Origin: Phycisphaeraceae bacterium
GTDB taxonomy: Bacteria > Planctomycetota > Phycisphaerae > Phycisphaerales > Zrk34
Reading direction: 5' to 3'
Length of the DNA stretch: 26,725 nucleotides
Assembly (NCBI GenBank): GCA_040905565.1
Contig: JBBDRF010000057.1
Span: 1-26,725 of the forward strand
The notes under the pieces were generated by a model, which saw only the letters and a program-made list of their open reading frames with translations, was not told the DNA's origin and did no database searches. The translations under genes were made by a program, and so were the position numbers. Of the stretch, positions 7,953-18,391 are shown one piece after another (the first letter of the stretch is position 1; each line of letters begins with the position of its first letter).

Positions 7953-9385
7953 AGACGACACTCGCAAGCGCATTGATCATCGTGAGCAGCTTCCTCGGCG
8001 CTTCAACTGCGGCAGCGCAGCAGCAGGAGCCTGGCAGGGATTTCAACGAGGCTTCGACGGTAATCGAGCGGCAACTGGAAGAGAGCCTTTCGGAGTTGAG
8101 CGCGCTGCGCGAACGGCTGGTGGAGGAGAAGTTGCCGCTGAGCCGAACGCTCCGTGAACTCGAAGCTGAGTTGACGCAGGTCAGGCAGGAATTTCAGCAG
8201 ACGTCGCGGACGCTCGACGGCCGCACGCTGGACCTGAGCAACCTGCGAAATGAGATTGAGAGTCGGCGCGAAGAGGCGACCTACCTTTCGAATCTCTTTG
8301 GCGAGTACATCCGAAACTTCGAGACCCGGCTGCACATCTCTGAAATTCAACGCTACCGCGATCCGATCGAGGCAGCTCGACTGGCGCCGGAGAACGACAG
8401 TCTTTCCGATGAGGAAGTGTTCGACGCGCAGGTGACGTTGATCGGCACGTCACTTGAGCGCTTGCACAATCTGGTTGGAGGCACACGATTCAAAGGCTCG
8501 GCGGTGGACCCCGGCGGGCTGGTGAAGGAAGGCGAGTTTGTGCTGGTCGGGCCGATGGCGATCTTCAAGGCGGCGGACGGCGGGGTCGTTGGCACAGCCG
8601 AGCAGCGATTGGGCTCGCTGGAGCCGACCATCATCCCCTTCGGGAATCCCGAGGATGCGGAAGCGGCGGCGGACCTGGTCAGCAATCAGCAAGGCCACTT
8701 CCCGTTCGACCCGACACTGGGCAACGCCCACAAGGTGGAATCGACGCACGACTCGCTCTGGACGCATATCCAGAAGGGCGGACCGGTGATGGTCCCCATC
8801 TTCGTGCTGGCGGGTGCGGCGATGCTGGTGGCGCTGGTCAAGTGGCTTGGACTGGCGTTCCTTGGCACGCCTTCTGAGAAGCGTTTTCGCAAGCTTCTTG
8901 ATGCGGTTGCCTCTCGTGATAAGCCCCTGGCGGTGAAGCGGGCCAAGGCGCTCCGTGGACCCGTCGGAAGCATGCTTGCTTACGGGGCTGAGCATCTGGA
9001 CGAGCCGCGGGAACTGATTGAAGAGGTGATGTACGAGAATCTTCTGTCGACACGCCTGAAGCTGCAACGGTTTCTGCCGTTCATCGCGATCAGTGCGGCT
9101 GCGGCTCCGTTGCTCGGACTCTTGGGAACGGTGACGGGGATCATGAACACATTCGCGCTGATCACCGTGTTCGGGACGGGGGATGTGAAGACGCTTTCCA
9201 GCGGCATCTCCGAAGCGCTGATCACCACGGAGTTCGGACTGATCGTGGCGATCCCGTCGCTGCTGCTGCACGCGTTCCTCTCGCGGAAGGCGCGGGGCGT
9301 GGTGAACCAGATGGAGAAGTGCGGCGTGCGGTTCATCAACCAAGTCACCAAAGCCGCCAAGCCCGCCGTCGAGCAGGCTGCCTGA
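7949..9385 (+). CDS. Large MotA/TolQ/ExbB proton-channel protein with N-terminal coiled coil (TtpC-like)
   Basis: 478 aa with a signal peptide and coiled coil, plus HIQKGGPVMVPI, APLLGLLGTVTGIMNTF and GISEALITTEFGLIVAIP. ATGA overlap with the upstream gene. Confidence 0.9.
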   Translation: MKTTLASALIIVSSFLGASTAAAQQQEPGRDFNEASTVIERQLEESLSELSALRERLVEEKLPLSRTLRELEAELTQVRQEFQQTSRTLDGRTLDLSNLRNEIESRREEATYLSNLFGEYIRNFETRLHISEIQRYRDPIEAARLAPENDSLSDEEVFDAQVTLIGTSLERLHNLVGGTRFKGSAVDPGGLVKEGEFVLVGPMAIFKAADGGVVGTAEQRLGSLEPTIIPFGNPEDAEAAADLVSNQQGHFPFDPTLGNAHKVESTHDSLWTHIQKGGPVMVPIFVLAGAAMLVALVKWLGLAFLGTPSEKRFRKLLDAVASRDKPLAVKRAKALRGPVGSMLAYGAEHLDEPRELIEEVMYENLLSTRLKLQRFLPFIAISAAAAPLLGLLGTVTGIMNTFALITVFGTGDVKTLSSGISEALITTEFGLIVAIPSLLLHAFLSRKARGVVNQMEKCGVRFINQVTKAAKPAVEQAA

Positions 9386-9394
9386 GCGAACACC

Positions 9395-10084
9395 ATGGAT
9401 GACACAGCAGAGATTACGGCCTTGATGGAGCAGACCCGCAATCTGATCGAGCGGGCTGTAGACATCTGGCTGACGGGCGGCTGGGCGATGCTCGCGATTG
9501 CAACAGTGGCAATGGTGCTCTTCGCGATGGGCGTGCATATTTATCTGCGATTGCGGGCGAAGGGTTTCGAGCGTATCTCCGAAAAGACCTGGAGGCAGTG
9601 GATCGATCAGCCTGGCAAACGGGAAGGGCCCATCGGCGAAATGCTCGCGTTCGTTACCGGCAGTCGATCGCTCGAGGAGAACGTCACGTTCTTCGAGGAA
9701 CTGCGAACGGCGGAGATCAAACCCTTCGAGCGCGACCTTCGCGTGATGAAGATATGTGTCAGCGCGACGCCTCTGCTGGGACTGCTCGGGACCGTCACCG
9801 GCATGCTTGCAACCTTCGGGGCACTGGCGGAGGGGTCGGGCGGAGAGAAAACGATGGGACTGGTGGCGGCGGGTATCTCCGAAGCACTGATCACGACAGA
9901 GACCGGTTTGGTGATCGCGCTGCCCGGTCTTTTCTTTCACTATCAGCTCACGCGAAAGCACCACCGCTACGCCGCGTTCCTTGCACACCTCGAGACGGTG
10001 TGCGCCCAGAGCCTCCACCGAAAGATTCGCGACACCGCGCCGCAGCCCACGACCGACGTTGCGGAAGCGCACGCCGAAGCCTGA
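9395..10084 (+). CDS. exbB: MotA/TolQ/ExbB proton channel protein
   Basis: TPLLGLLGTVTGMLATF and GISEALITTETGLVIALPG motifs with three predicted TM segments. Confidence 0.9.
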   Translation: MDDTAEITALMEQTRNLIERAVDIWLTGGWAMLAIATVAMVLFAMGVHIYLRLRAKGFERISEKTWRQWIDQPGKREGPIGEMLAFVTGSRSLEENVTFFEELRTAEIKPFERDLRVMKICVSATPLLGLLGTVTGMLATFGALAEGSGGEKTMGLVAAGISEALITTETGLVIALPGLFFHYQLTRKHHRYAAFLAHLETVCAQSLHRKIRDTAPQPTTDVAEAHAEA

Positions 10085-10135
10085 CGGCGTCGGGGCGAAT
10101 CCGCAGCATGCACCGCAATTGAAAGTTGGCGAACC

Positions 10136-10549
10136 ATGGCACGTTTCCGGAATGACAACGCAGATGAGGGCGACGAAGGCACTATCGACATGTCTCCGAT
10201 GATCGACTGCGTTTTTATCCTGCTCATTTTCTTCATCGTGACGACGACGTTCGTTGAGGAGACGGGCGTAGAAGTCGACAAGCCTCAGGCTGCGTCGGCG
10301 GTAAGGCTGGAAAAAACGAGCATTCTTATCGCGTTGACCGAGAAAGGCGAGGTGGTCTACGGCGGGCGTGAGATCGGCGTCAGCGGCGTGCAACCGTTGG
10401 TCAAGCGGATGCTTCAGAAGGAGGACGTGCCGGTGATCATTCAGGCCGCGACCGAAGCGCATACCGGGCTGCTGGTACGAATTCTCGACGAGGCGAAGCT
10501 TGCCGGCGCTACGAAGGTGAGCTTGGCGAGTCACCAGATCAACCGGTGA
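10136..10549 (+). CDS. exbD: Biopolymer transporter ExbD
   Basis: [25 protein letters not shown] motif with the conserved Asp, followed by a periplasmic domain VIIQA...[12 protein letters not shown]. Confidence 0.93.
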   Translation: MARFRNDNADEGDEGTIDMSPMIDCVFILLIFFIVTTTFVEETGVEVDKPQAASAVRLEKTSILIALTEKGEVVYGGREIGVSGVQPLVKRMLQKEDVPVIIQAATEAHTGLLVRILDEAKLAGATKVSLASHQINR

Positions 10550-11223
10550 GGTGCGTGGTGAGCAAGCGGCTGTTTGTGAAAATTCTCAAGGAAACCTGCC
10601 ATCGGCTGATGGTGGTTGTGGGCGCGGTGGTCCTGACGCTTGCCTTTTTCATCGTGCTGCCTTTGATGCAGACGATCAGCCAACCTGCTGAGTCGGACAC
10701 GCTGGTGCAATCGGTCGACACGGTGACCCCCCCGCCGCCTCCGCCGCCTGTGGAGGAGGAGCCCGAGGAGGAACCTGAGGAGGAGCCGGAGCCGCCGGAA
10801 CTGGCGGAGGAAGCGCCGCCGCTTGATCTTTCTCAGCTTGAACTGGCGCTGAATCCGGGTTTTGGAGGCGGTGCAGGCGCGGGTGATTTCGGGGTGAAGC
10901 TCGATAATATCGCAGGTGGTGCCGAGGATCTTGACGCGTTGTTCTCAATGGCGGAGCTGGACCAGAAGCCTCGCGTCATCTACCAGCCCGGACCTGTGTT
11001 CACGGCGGAAATGCGGCGCAATGCACCGGCGACCGTCTACGTTTTGTTCATCGTGCAACAGGACGGGCGGGTGCACGACGCGAAGGTGCAGAACTCAACG
11101 GATCCGCTGTTCAACCGGGCAGCACTGAACGCGGTGAAGAATTGGCGATTTGAACCAGGCAAGCGAAGCGGGGAGCCGGTGCGCTTCCGTATGCGTGTTC
11201 CAATTACGTTCCCGAAAGGCTGA
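10546..11223 (+). CDS. tonB: Energy transducer TonB
   Basis: N-terminal TM anchor, Pro/Glu-rich linker, and TonB_C domain ([13 protein letters not shown]...[14 protein letters not shown]...GEPV...VPITF). The exact start (GTG 10546 or 10558) is uncertain. Confidence 0.92.
   Translation: MRCVVSKRLFVKILKETCHRLMVVVGAVVLTLAFFIVLPLMQTISQPAESDTLVQSVDTVTPPPPPPPVEEEPEEEPEEEPEPPELAEEAPPLDLSQLELALNPGFGGGAGAGDFGVKLDNIAGGAEDLDALFSMAELDQKPRVIYQPGPVFTAEMRRNAPATVYVLFIVQQDGRVHDAKVQNSTDPLFNRAALNAVKNWRFEPGKRSGEPVRFRMRVPITFPKG
10726..10800 (+). repeat. Low-complexity coding repeat (poly-Pro and EEEP x3) in the TonB linker
   Basis: CCG/CCT run with a C7 tract at 10727-10733, then GAGGAGGAGCCC GAGGAGGAACCT GAGGAGGAGCCG. 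Confidence 0.8.
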
Positions 11224-11227
11224 TGCG

Positions 11228-12790
11228 ATGGCGAAGGTTTCGAACTTCATGATGGTTGTGCTGGTCCTGGGCGTGGCCGGTTGTACCAGCACACCGCGTG
11301 AGGGCGGGTCGGCCGCGCCAGCGCGTGCAACGCCGGCAGCTGTCCCGACAGAGCAGGCGGCAAGCTCCGGCCCGGCCACGGTGACGACCGCTTCGGCGGA
11401 GCGCGGCACGCCGGTCGACGCAACGCCGAGCTCTGCAGGAGAGGCGGAGGAAGCAGATCGCCCGGCGACCAGCCGGCGGCAGTCGGGGATGAGTGCGACC
11501 GAGCTGATGATCTGGAACGATCCTTCCTTCCAAAGCGCGTTCGCCCAAAGCTACATCGCTGAGACCGAAATCGAACCGTCGGTCACCGTCGAAGAGCGAC
11601 GGCAGATGATGGAGGTCATGCAACTGATTTCCAACGAGCAAGTCGACGAAGCTGCGGAACTGTTGCGGAACGGACGCAGCGAAGGAGGCAGTGCCGTTTA
11701 CGAATTCACGCTCGCCAACATCCACTTTCAGCGGGAGCAACTCGATCAGGCAGCTGAGCTCTACCAGGTCGCGGTGGAGAAGTATCCCAAATTCCGACGT
11801 GCCTGGCAGAACCTCGGGTTGATCCGTGTGCGGCAGGGCGCGTTTGAACAGGCCTTGCCGGCCTTGACGAAAGTGATCGAACTCGGCGGCGGCAACGGCA
11901 TCACCTACGGCTTGCTCGGCTTTTCCTATTCGTCGCTTGAAATCCACCTGCCCGCTGAATCGGCATACCGCATGGCGGTGTTGCTGGATCCGGAAACCAT
12001 GGACTGGCAGATGGGTCTCGCGCGGAGTCTATTCAAGCAGGAACGCTTCGCCGACGCGGTCGCGTTGACCGAACAATTGATCAGTGATGACCCGAATCGT
12101 GCCGACCTGTGGCTGCTGCAGGCGAACGCGCTCATCGGCCTCAATCAGCCGCTGCGTGCGGCGGAGAACTACGAGATCCTCGACCGCATGGGCAGTTCGA
12201 CGGTCGACAGCCTGAACATGCTCGCCGACATCTACGTTAATCAGGAACTGTACGATCTGGCGCTGACGGCTTATGTGCGTGCAGTCGATGCGACTGAAAA
12301 AGACGACGATCCGGAGCGGGCCGTGCGGGCCGCGCGCGTGCTGAATGCCCGGGGGGCGATGGACGCTTCACGAACACTCATCGAGAAGGTTGAGGACTAC
12401 TACGGCGCGTCTCTTGATGATGAGCAGAACAAGGAATTGCTGAGACTGCGGGCCCGAATTGCGGTGGCGGAGGGGGCGACCGGTGAGGAGGTCAACATCC
12501 TGAAGGAGATCGTTGCGCTGGATCCGCTCGACGGCGAAGCTTTGATCCTGTTGGGCCAGCATGCCTCGAGAGAAGGAGATCTCGAAACCGCTGTGTTTTA
12601 TTACGAGCGAGCGGCTGGGCTGGAGGAACATGAAGCGGACGCGAAGGTGCGGCACGCCCAGCTGCTCATCGGCGAGAGTAAGTACAACGAGGCGCTGCCC
12701 CTCTTGCGAAGCGCTCAACAGATCCAGCCGCGTGAGAACGTGCAGGAATTCCTGGAGCAGGTCGAGCGCGTGGCGGAGCGGCGACGATGA
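11228..12790 (+). CDS. TPR-repeat lipoprotein (TtpD-like)
   Basis: ATG 11228 gives the lipobox VAG|C, a disordered Ala/Ser/Thr/Pro linker and many TPRs (e.g. AWQNLGLIRVRQGAFEQALPALTKVIEL). It follows tonB. Confidence 0.85.
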   Translation: MAKVSNFMMVVLVLGVAGCTSTPREGGSAAPARATPAAVPTEQAASSGPATVTTASAERGTPVDATPSSAGEAEEADRPATSRRQSGMSATELMIWNDPSFQSAFAQSYIAETEIEPSVTVEERRQMMEVMQLISNEQVDEAAELLRNGRSEGGSAVYEFTLANIHFQREQLDQAAELYQVAVEKYPKFRRAWQNLGLIRVRQGAFEQALPALTKVIELGGGNGITYGLLGFSYSSLEIHLPAESAYRMAVLLDPETMDWQMGLARSLFKQERFADAVALTEQLISDDPNRADLWLLQANALIGLNQPLRAAENYEILDRMGSSTVDSLNMLADIYVNQELYDLALTAYVRAVDATEKDDDPERAVRAARVLNARGAMDASRTLIEKVEDYYGASLDDEQNKELLRLRARIAVAEGATGEEVNILKEIVALDPLDGEALILLGQHASREGDLETAVFYYERAAGLEEHEADAKVRHAQLLIGESKYNEALPLLRSAQQIQPRENVQEFLEQVERVAERRR

Positions 12791-12818
12791 TCGCCTTCAC
12801 GAAGGAGAGACTCAAGCG

Positions 12819-15068
12819 ATGAGTTGGCAACCGCTGAAGACGACGGCCTGGCTTTGCACCATGCTCTTTGCCGGCATCGCTGTGGCCCTCGCCGCCGCGC
12901 CTGTTTCCGGCGCGGAGCTAGACGCGGGCGATGACGACGCGTCGATGGTCGCGCTGAACTTTCCGGAGAACATGGACATCAAGGTTCTGGTCGATTACGT
13001 GGGGAAACGGCTCGATATCAACTTTATTTACGATGAGCAGATTCTCAATAAGAAGGTCACGATCGTCACGCCCCAAGGCGTGCCGGCCGGCTCGCTAATG
13101 ACGCTGCTGGAGAGCGCTTTGAAGATGAAGGGGCTGACGGTGTCCCCGACTGAGGTGCCCGGGCTGATGCGGGTGGAGGCGGCGAGGGCGTTGACCGCAC
13201 GTTCAGTGGGGCCCAACGCCGCCGACGCGACGCTGCTTGAGGCGGGTCCGACCACGGCGATCACCCGGGTGTTCACGCTGGAGCATACGACGCCGCAGCG
13301 CGCCGCCGAAGTTGTGACCCCTTTTCTTTCCACGTCGAACGCCACCCTTACGCCGCTATCGGAAGACAATCTGGTGATCGTCACCGACTACCTCGACAAC
13401 ATGCCGAAACTCGAGGAGATCCTCGCGCTGGTCGACCGCCCGGGTGAGGATGTCGGCATCGAGTTCGTGGCTGTCGAGCATCTCGAGGCGGAGGCGCTGG
13501 CGCAGAAGGCGACGGAACTGCTGAGCGCCGAGGCGCAGCGGCGTGGGCAGGCAACGTCGGGCGAGCGGGCGGCAGGGGTCAGCGTCACCGCGGACGCCCG
13601 GACCAACCGCGTGGTCGTCGTCGGTCCGGCCAGCCAGAGCGAGCACGCCATCGCCCTTATCGCATCGCTGGACATTTCGCTCGGCTTGGAGACGCAGATT
13701 TACCCCTTCGCCGTCGCCTCACCAGACCACGTCGACGATCTGGTCAAGAAGCTGATCGGCGAACGCACTGCGAAACGGCTGTACAACTCGGCCACGGACC
13801 GCAATGCAAACCTGCTGATCGCCACGACCACCCCTGCCATCCACAGCCAGATTCAATCTTTGAAGGAAGCGCTGGACAAGCCGATCGAGGAGTCGCAGTA
13901 CCCGGTGCGGTTTTACAAGCTCCAGAACGCCAAGGCGAAGGATGTCCTGGCTACGTTGCGAAGCATTGAGGGAAGCGAGGGGCTGGCGGATGTGTCGGTC
14001 GACGGCGTCACGGCCGGTGTTGGCAATGAGGACGAGCTGGCGATCCGCGGACCGACTGAACAGGAAGTCAACCGCCGCGCCGAGCGCGACATACCCGGCA
14101 TCCGCTCGGACGGAGACGAAGCATCGGTGACATTGGGCGAAGCACGCGTGATGGCTGACGAGCCGTCGAACATGATCATCGTCGTCGCCAGGCCGGCCAT
14201 GCAACGACTTTACGAAAAGCTTATCGAACGCCTTGATCTACGCCGACCGCAGGTGCTGATCGAAGCGACCGTCGTTGCGGTCGACACCACCGACGGGTTC
14301 TCACTCGGTGTCGAGATCTCGCAAAGTGAGGAGATCGAGGGCGGCGACGGACGTGTGCTCAACTTCAGTTCTTTCGGGCTCAGTGATGTGGACCCGGCGA
14401 CCGGTGAGTTGACCCTGCGACCGGGCATCGGATTCAACGGCGCGCTGCTGAGCGCCGACATCGCCGACGTCATCCTCAGGGCGTTGGAGACGGACCAGCG
14501 GGCACGGGTCGTCTCGCGCCCCAGCGTCCTTATCAACGACAACGCGATGGGTGTGTTGTTCAGCGAGCGTGAGGAACCGTTCGCCAGCGTGAACGCTTCG
14601 GACACCGTCGCGACCACAAGCCTCGGGGGTTACGTCTCAGCGGGGACACGTATCGAAGTCACCCCTCAGATCAGCGAAGGCGACCATCTGAAGATCGTCT
14701 ATGAGATTACGCTCAGCGACTTCGGCGACGACACGGCGGACGGCTTGCCACCATCGCGGCAGAACAATTCGATCACCAGTGAAGCGACCATCCCTAACGG
14801 CCATACCATCGTGGTCGGCGGCCTGACGCGCGACAATGCCTCCGAAGCGATCGATCGCGTCCCCATCCTCGGCAGCATTCCCTACCTCGAGCTGCTGTTC
14901 TCGAGCCGAACGGAGGACGTTCAGAAGACGACGCTGTTCGTTTTTATCCGCGCCGTGATTTTGCGGGACGACAAGTTTGCAGACCTCAAGAGCCTTTCGG
15001 GTGACTCGGTGCGCGATGCAGAAATCTCTGGAGAATTCCCCGACAGCGAACCGGTCGTGATCCCTTGA
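12819..15068 (+). CDS. gspD: Type II secretion system secretin GspD
   Basis: AAGGAG precedes ATG 12819. It has an N0 domain (VALNFPENMDIKVLVDYV), repeated N domains and a secretin core (LDLRRPQVLIEATVV, IEVTPQI, IVVGGL, DRVPILGSIPYLELLF, LFVFIRAVIL). Confidence 0.95.
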   Translation: MSWQPLKTTAWLCTMLFAGIAVALAAAPVSGAELDAGDDDASMVALNFPENMDIKVLVDYVGKRLDINFIYDEQILNKKVTIVTPQGVPAGSLMTLLESALKMKGLTVSPTEVPGLMRVEAARALTARSVGPNAADATLLEAGPTTAITRVFTLEHTTPQRAAEVVTPFLSTSNATLTPLSEDNLVIVTDYLDNMPKLEEILALVDRPGEDVGIEFVAVEHLEAEALAQKATELLSAEAQRRGQATSGERAAGVSVTADARTNRVVVVGPASQSEHAIALIASLDISLGLETQIYPFAVASPDHVDDLVKKLIGERTAKRLYNSATDRNANLLIATTTPAIHSQIQSLKEALDKPIEESQYPVRFYKLQNAKAKDVLATLRSIEGSEGLADVSVDGVTAGVGNEDELAIRGPTEQEVNRRAERDIPGIRSDGDEASVTLGEARVMADEPSNMIIVVARPAMQRLYEKLIERLDLRRPQVLIEATVVAVDTTDGFSLGVEISQSEEIEGGDGRVLNFSSFGLSDVDPATGELTLRPGIGFNGALLSADIADVILRALETDQRARVVSRPSVLINDNAMGVLFSEREEPFASVNASDTVATTSLGGYVSAGTRIEVTPQISEGDHLKIVYEITLSDFGDDTADGLPPSRQNNSITSEATIPNGHTIVVGGLTRDNASEAIDRVPILGSIPYLELLFSSRTEDVQKTTLFVFIRAVILRDDKFADLKSLSGDSVRDAEISGEFPDSEPVVIP

Positions 15069-16738
15069 GCGAGGACAAGAATATGTCTCTGCCGAGCAGC
15101 CCTCCGACAGCCTTGTCTCAGCCGACGCGTGCGGAGAAGGGACGCAGCGCGGCGGCGACTGAACTGACGGGCGTTCACGAACAACCCGCTGCGAGCGAAG
15201 GGGACGCGGTTGAAGCGATGCCGGCACCTCTCTCGGGAGCTCAACCGTCGGCCCAGTTCGTGCGCCGGGTGCCGATCGCGTTCGCACGGAGCAAACAGGT
15301 TCTGGGATTGGCGGCGGAGGGCACGCCGATGCGAGTGGCGATGGTTGACCTTGATGATGCGCAGACGCTGGACGTTCTGAGGCGGTGGCTGGGCGTGGCG
15401 ATTGAAGCGGTAGCCGTCGATGCTGAACAACTTTCGATGGCCATCAATCAGGCGTATGGGCAGCAGACGGGAACCGCCCATGAATTCGTCGCGGAATTGG
15501 ATCGTGATGCCGTCATGGCCGAGGTGAAGGGCCTGCAGGGCCGGGAAGATCTGCTGAATGTTTCGGATCGGGCGCCGGTGATCAAGCTGGTGAACCTGGT
15601 GCTCTTCGAGGCCGTCCAGCAGCAGGCATCGGACATTCACGTGCAGCCGTTTGAGAACCGCGTCATGGTGCGGATGCGAATCGACGGCGTGTTGTTCGAC
15701 GTCTTCAATCTGCCCGGCGGCGTGCAGGAGGAATTCGTCAGCCGTGTGAAAGTCATGGGCAAGATGAACATTGCCGAGAAGCGTTTGCCTCAGGACGGCC
15801 GCGCCACCGTGCAGGTCGGCGACCGCGTCATCGACCTACGTGTTTCGACGGTGCCGACCAGCCACGGCGAACGCGTCGTGATTCGACTGCTCGACAAGAG
15901 CGTGCGCCTCTACACGCTGAACGAGCTTGGAATGGACACCGCGGCGATGACGCGCTTCTCCCGGCTCATCCGCGCCGAGCATGGCCTGGTTCTCGTGACG
16001 GGACCTACCGGCTCGGGCAAGAGCACCACTCTTTACGCAGCGCTGGGACAACTGGATGCGACCGAGCGCAACATCATCACACTTGAAGATCCGATCGAGT
16101 ATCAGCTCGAGGGGATCAGCCAGATTCAGGTCTCTGAGAAAAAGGGGATGACGTTTGCCAGCGGACTGCGCAGCGTGCTCCGGCAGGACCCTGACGTCGT
16201 CATGATCGGTGAGATCCGCGATCGCGAGACGGCGGTGATGGCCATTCAGGCAGCGCTCACGGGGCATCTCGTTTTCAGCACGCTGCACACCAACAATGCG
16301 GCCAGCGCCGTAACGCGTCTGCTGGACCTGGGCATCGAACCCTATCTTGTGGGCAGTTCCCTCATCGGCGTCTTGGCGCAGCGCCTGGTCCGGAGCATCT
16401 GCGAAGGGTGCGGCAAGCCTTACTCGCCCGAACCCGCGGAGCTTGAGCAGTTGCATTTGGATCCGGCCCACGATCCGACGGCCCGGTATCGGAAAGGGAT
16501 CGGCTGTGCATCCTGCCGCCAGACCGGCTACCAGGGCCGGCTCGGGTGCTTTGAACTGCTGGTGGTTGATGACCAGGTGCGTCGGCTCGTGCAGGCGCAT
16601 AGCACGGCCTCGGAGATCGACGAAGCCGCCAGACAAGCCGGGATGCACAGTCTCAGCGACGACGCCTTGCGGAAGGTCGCTGAGGGGCGAACGTCGCTGG
16701 AGGAAGTCATGCGCGTTTCCATGAGGGCTGCCTCCTGA
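15065..16738 (+). CDS. gspE: Type II secretion ATPase GspE
   Basis: ASDIHVQP, IAEKRLPQDG, Walker A GPTGSGKST, TLEDPIEY, LRQDPDVVMIGEIRD, His box TGHLVFSTLHTN, and the CEGC/CASC zinc motif. The start is TTG 15065 or ATG 15083. Confidence 0.97.
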   Translation: MSEDKNMSLPSSPPTALSQPTRAEKGRSAAATELTGVHEQPAASEGDAVEAMPAPLSGAQPSAQFVRRVPIAFARSKQVLGLAAEGTPMRVAMVDLDDAQTLDVLRRWLGVAIEAVAVDAEQLSMAINQAYGQQTGTAHEFVAELDRDAVMAEVKGLQGREDLLNVSDRAPVIKLVNLVLFEAVQQQASDIHVQPFENRVMVRMRIDGVLFDVFNLPGGVQEEFVSRVKVMGKMNIAEKRLPQDGRATVQVGDRVIDLRVSTVPTSHGERVVIRLLDKSVRLYTLNELGMDTAAMTRFSRLIRAEHGLVLVTGPTGSGKSTTLYAALGQLDATERNIITLEDPIEYQLEGISQIQVSEKKGMTFASGLRSVLRQDPDVVMIGEIRDRETAVMAIQAALTGHLVFSTLHTNNAASAVTRLLDLGIEPYLVGSSLIGVLAQRLVRSICEGCGKPYSPEPAELEQLHLDPAHDPTARYRKGIGCASCRQTGYQGRLGCFELLVVDDQVRRLVQAHSTASEIDEAARQAGMHSLSDDALRKVAEGRTSLEEVMRVSMRAAS

Positions 16739-17940
16739 TGCCTGTCTACGCATACATGGCGAAGAAGCAGGCAGCGGTGGTGCGGGGGACGATCACCGCC
16801 GACACGCCTCGCCAGGCGCGCGACGACCTGCGGGCACGGGGCCTGGCGATACGCGATCTGGTGCGGCAGGATCCGCGCGCCGATCGGCGGGGGCTCAGCC
16901 GGTATCTGCTGCGTCGGCACTCGGCGAAAGTGACGGGGCTGTTGCAGGAGATTTCCACGCTGCTGGCGGCGGGCATTCCGCTGCTCGAGGCGCTGGAGAC
17001 GATCACGCGTCAGCACACGGGGCGGTTCCAGCAGGCGATCTTGATGTTGCGCGACACCGTTACCGCCGGCGGCAGCCTCGCCGAAGCGATGTCCCAGCAA
17101 CCGGCGCTGTTCGACGACCTCTGCCTCAATATCGTCGAGGTGGGCGAGAATGCCGGCACGCTCGACACCGCACTGCGGCGTCTGGTGGCGTTCCGAAGAC
17201 GCACGGCTGGCCTGAAGAACCGCGTTGCGTCAGCTTTGGTCTACCCGTGCATTGTGATGGCGATCGGCATGCTGGTCAGCCTGTTTCTGATGACCTACGT
17301 CGTGCCGAATCTGCTCACGGTGCTCATCGAAAGTGGGCGTGAACTGCCCCTGGCGACACGCGTGGTCAAAAGCGTCAGCGATCTGCTCATCAACGGCTGG
17401 TGGGCGATCGCGGTTGGCGCGGCCGTGCTGCTCGCAGGGCTCACTGCCGTTTTGCGAAGCGATTCCGGCTCCATGCGTTGGCACCGGCTGCAGCTGCGCA
17501 TTCCGGTCATCGGCGAACTGATCCAGAAGCAGGGGATCGCCCGCACGGCCATGGTGCTTGCGACGCTTTTGAAGAGCGATGTGGTCTTCGTGAAGGCGAT
17601 ACAGATCGGGCAGCGCACGCTTTCGAACCGCGTTCTTCGTGATGCGCTGGTCGCCTGCGAGAAGGCGGTTGTCGCGGGGAAAGACATCGCACCGGCGCTG
17701 GAATCGACACGGGCGTTTCCGCCGCTGGTGATCCAGGTGTTCGCGGTGGGTCAGGCTTCAGGCAGGTTGGAGACGATGCTTGAGGATCTCGCGGAGGACT
17801 ATGACACGCAAGTGGACATCATGTCCAGCCGGCTGACCTCGCTGCTCGAGCCGATCATGATGATCGTGCTGGCGATCGTCGTCGGCTTCATCGCATTCGC
17901 GACGATCCTGCCCATCCTTGAGGCGGGCGATGTACTTTGA
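16738..17940 (+). CDS. gspF: Type II secretion inner-membrane platform protein GspF
   Basis: MPVYAY start, LLAAGIPLLEAL, VGENAGTL, ALVYP, VGQASGRLETML and LLEPIMMIVLAIVVGFI. TGATG overlap with gspE. Confidence 0.96.
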   Translation: MPVYAYMAKKQAAVVRGTITADTPRQARDDLRARGLAIRDLVRQDPRADRRGLSRYLLRRHSAKVTGLLQEISTLLAAGIPLLEALETITRQHTGRFQQAILMLRDTVTAGGSLAEAMSQQPALFDDLCLNIVEVGENAGTLDTALRRLVAFRRRTAGLKNRVASALVYPCIVMAIGMLVSLFLMTYVVPNLLTVLIESGRELPLATRVVKSVSDLLINGWWAIAVGAAVLLAGLTAVLRSDSGSMRWHRLQLRIPVIGELIQKQGIARTAMVLATLLKSDVVFVKAIQIGQRTLSNRVLRDALVACEKAVVAGKDIAPALESTRAFPPLVIQVFAVGQASGRLETMLEDLAEDYDTQVDIMSSRLTSLLEPIMMIVLAIVVGFIAFATILPILEAGDVL

Positions 17941-17959
17941 AACTCTGAGGGAGGTCGAG

Positions 17960-18391
17960 ATGAACGCTGAGCGCCGTACGAGATTAGGCCACACGATTCC
18001 GCAGCCGGTGCGTGGGTTTTCATTGATTGAAGTGATGGTGGTCGTTGTCATCATCGGGATGCTTGCGGGGGCGGTGGCGTTGAAGGTTGGTGACTATATG
18101 GATGCTGCACGAACCAATCGCGCCAAGTCCGACATCGCTGCGATCGAGAGCGCCGTCGAAGCCTACTATCTGACCCACAGCCGTTACCCCAGCAATGACG
18201 AAGGCCTCGAGAAGCTGCCACTGAAGAACCGCACCGACCCGTGGGGCCGGCCCTACGAGTACAACCGGCCCGGGCCTGATACACCCTTCGAGATCATCAG
18301 CTTCGGTGCCGACGGCCGCGAGGGCGGAGAAGGCATCGATGGCGATGTGTACTCCTGGGAACTTCAAGAAGGCAGCGAGGGGCCGAACTGA
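17960..18391 (+). CDS. gspG: Major pseudopilin GspG
   Basis: GGAGG precedes ATG 17960. Prepilin site G|FSLIEVMVVVVIIG, with YP...GL, DPWGRPYEY and SFGADGREGGEG..D. Confidence 0.95.
   Translation: MNAERRTRLGHTIPQPVRGFSLIEVMVVVVIIGMLAGAVALKVGDYMDAARTNRAKSDIAAIESAVEAYYLTHSRYPSNDEGLEKLPLKNRTDPWGRPYEYNRPGPDTPFEIISFGADGREGGEGIDGDVYSWELQEGSEGPN

Noticed and set aside
8450..10534. 694-aa antisense ORF
   Set aside because: It is the mirror frame of ttpC/exbB/exbD in GC-rich DNA, has an Arg/His/Gln-rich composition and shows no recognisable motifs.
10727..10733. Phase-variable C7 tract in tonB
   Set aside because: The tract is short, in frame and explained by Thr-Pro-Pro codons.
12561..12818. N-terminal extension of GspD in the ORF track
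   Set aside because: It overlaps the TPR gene out of frame. ATG 12819 has an SD and yields a proper signal peptide.
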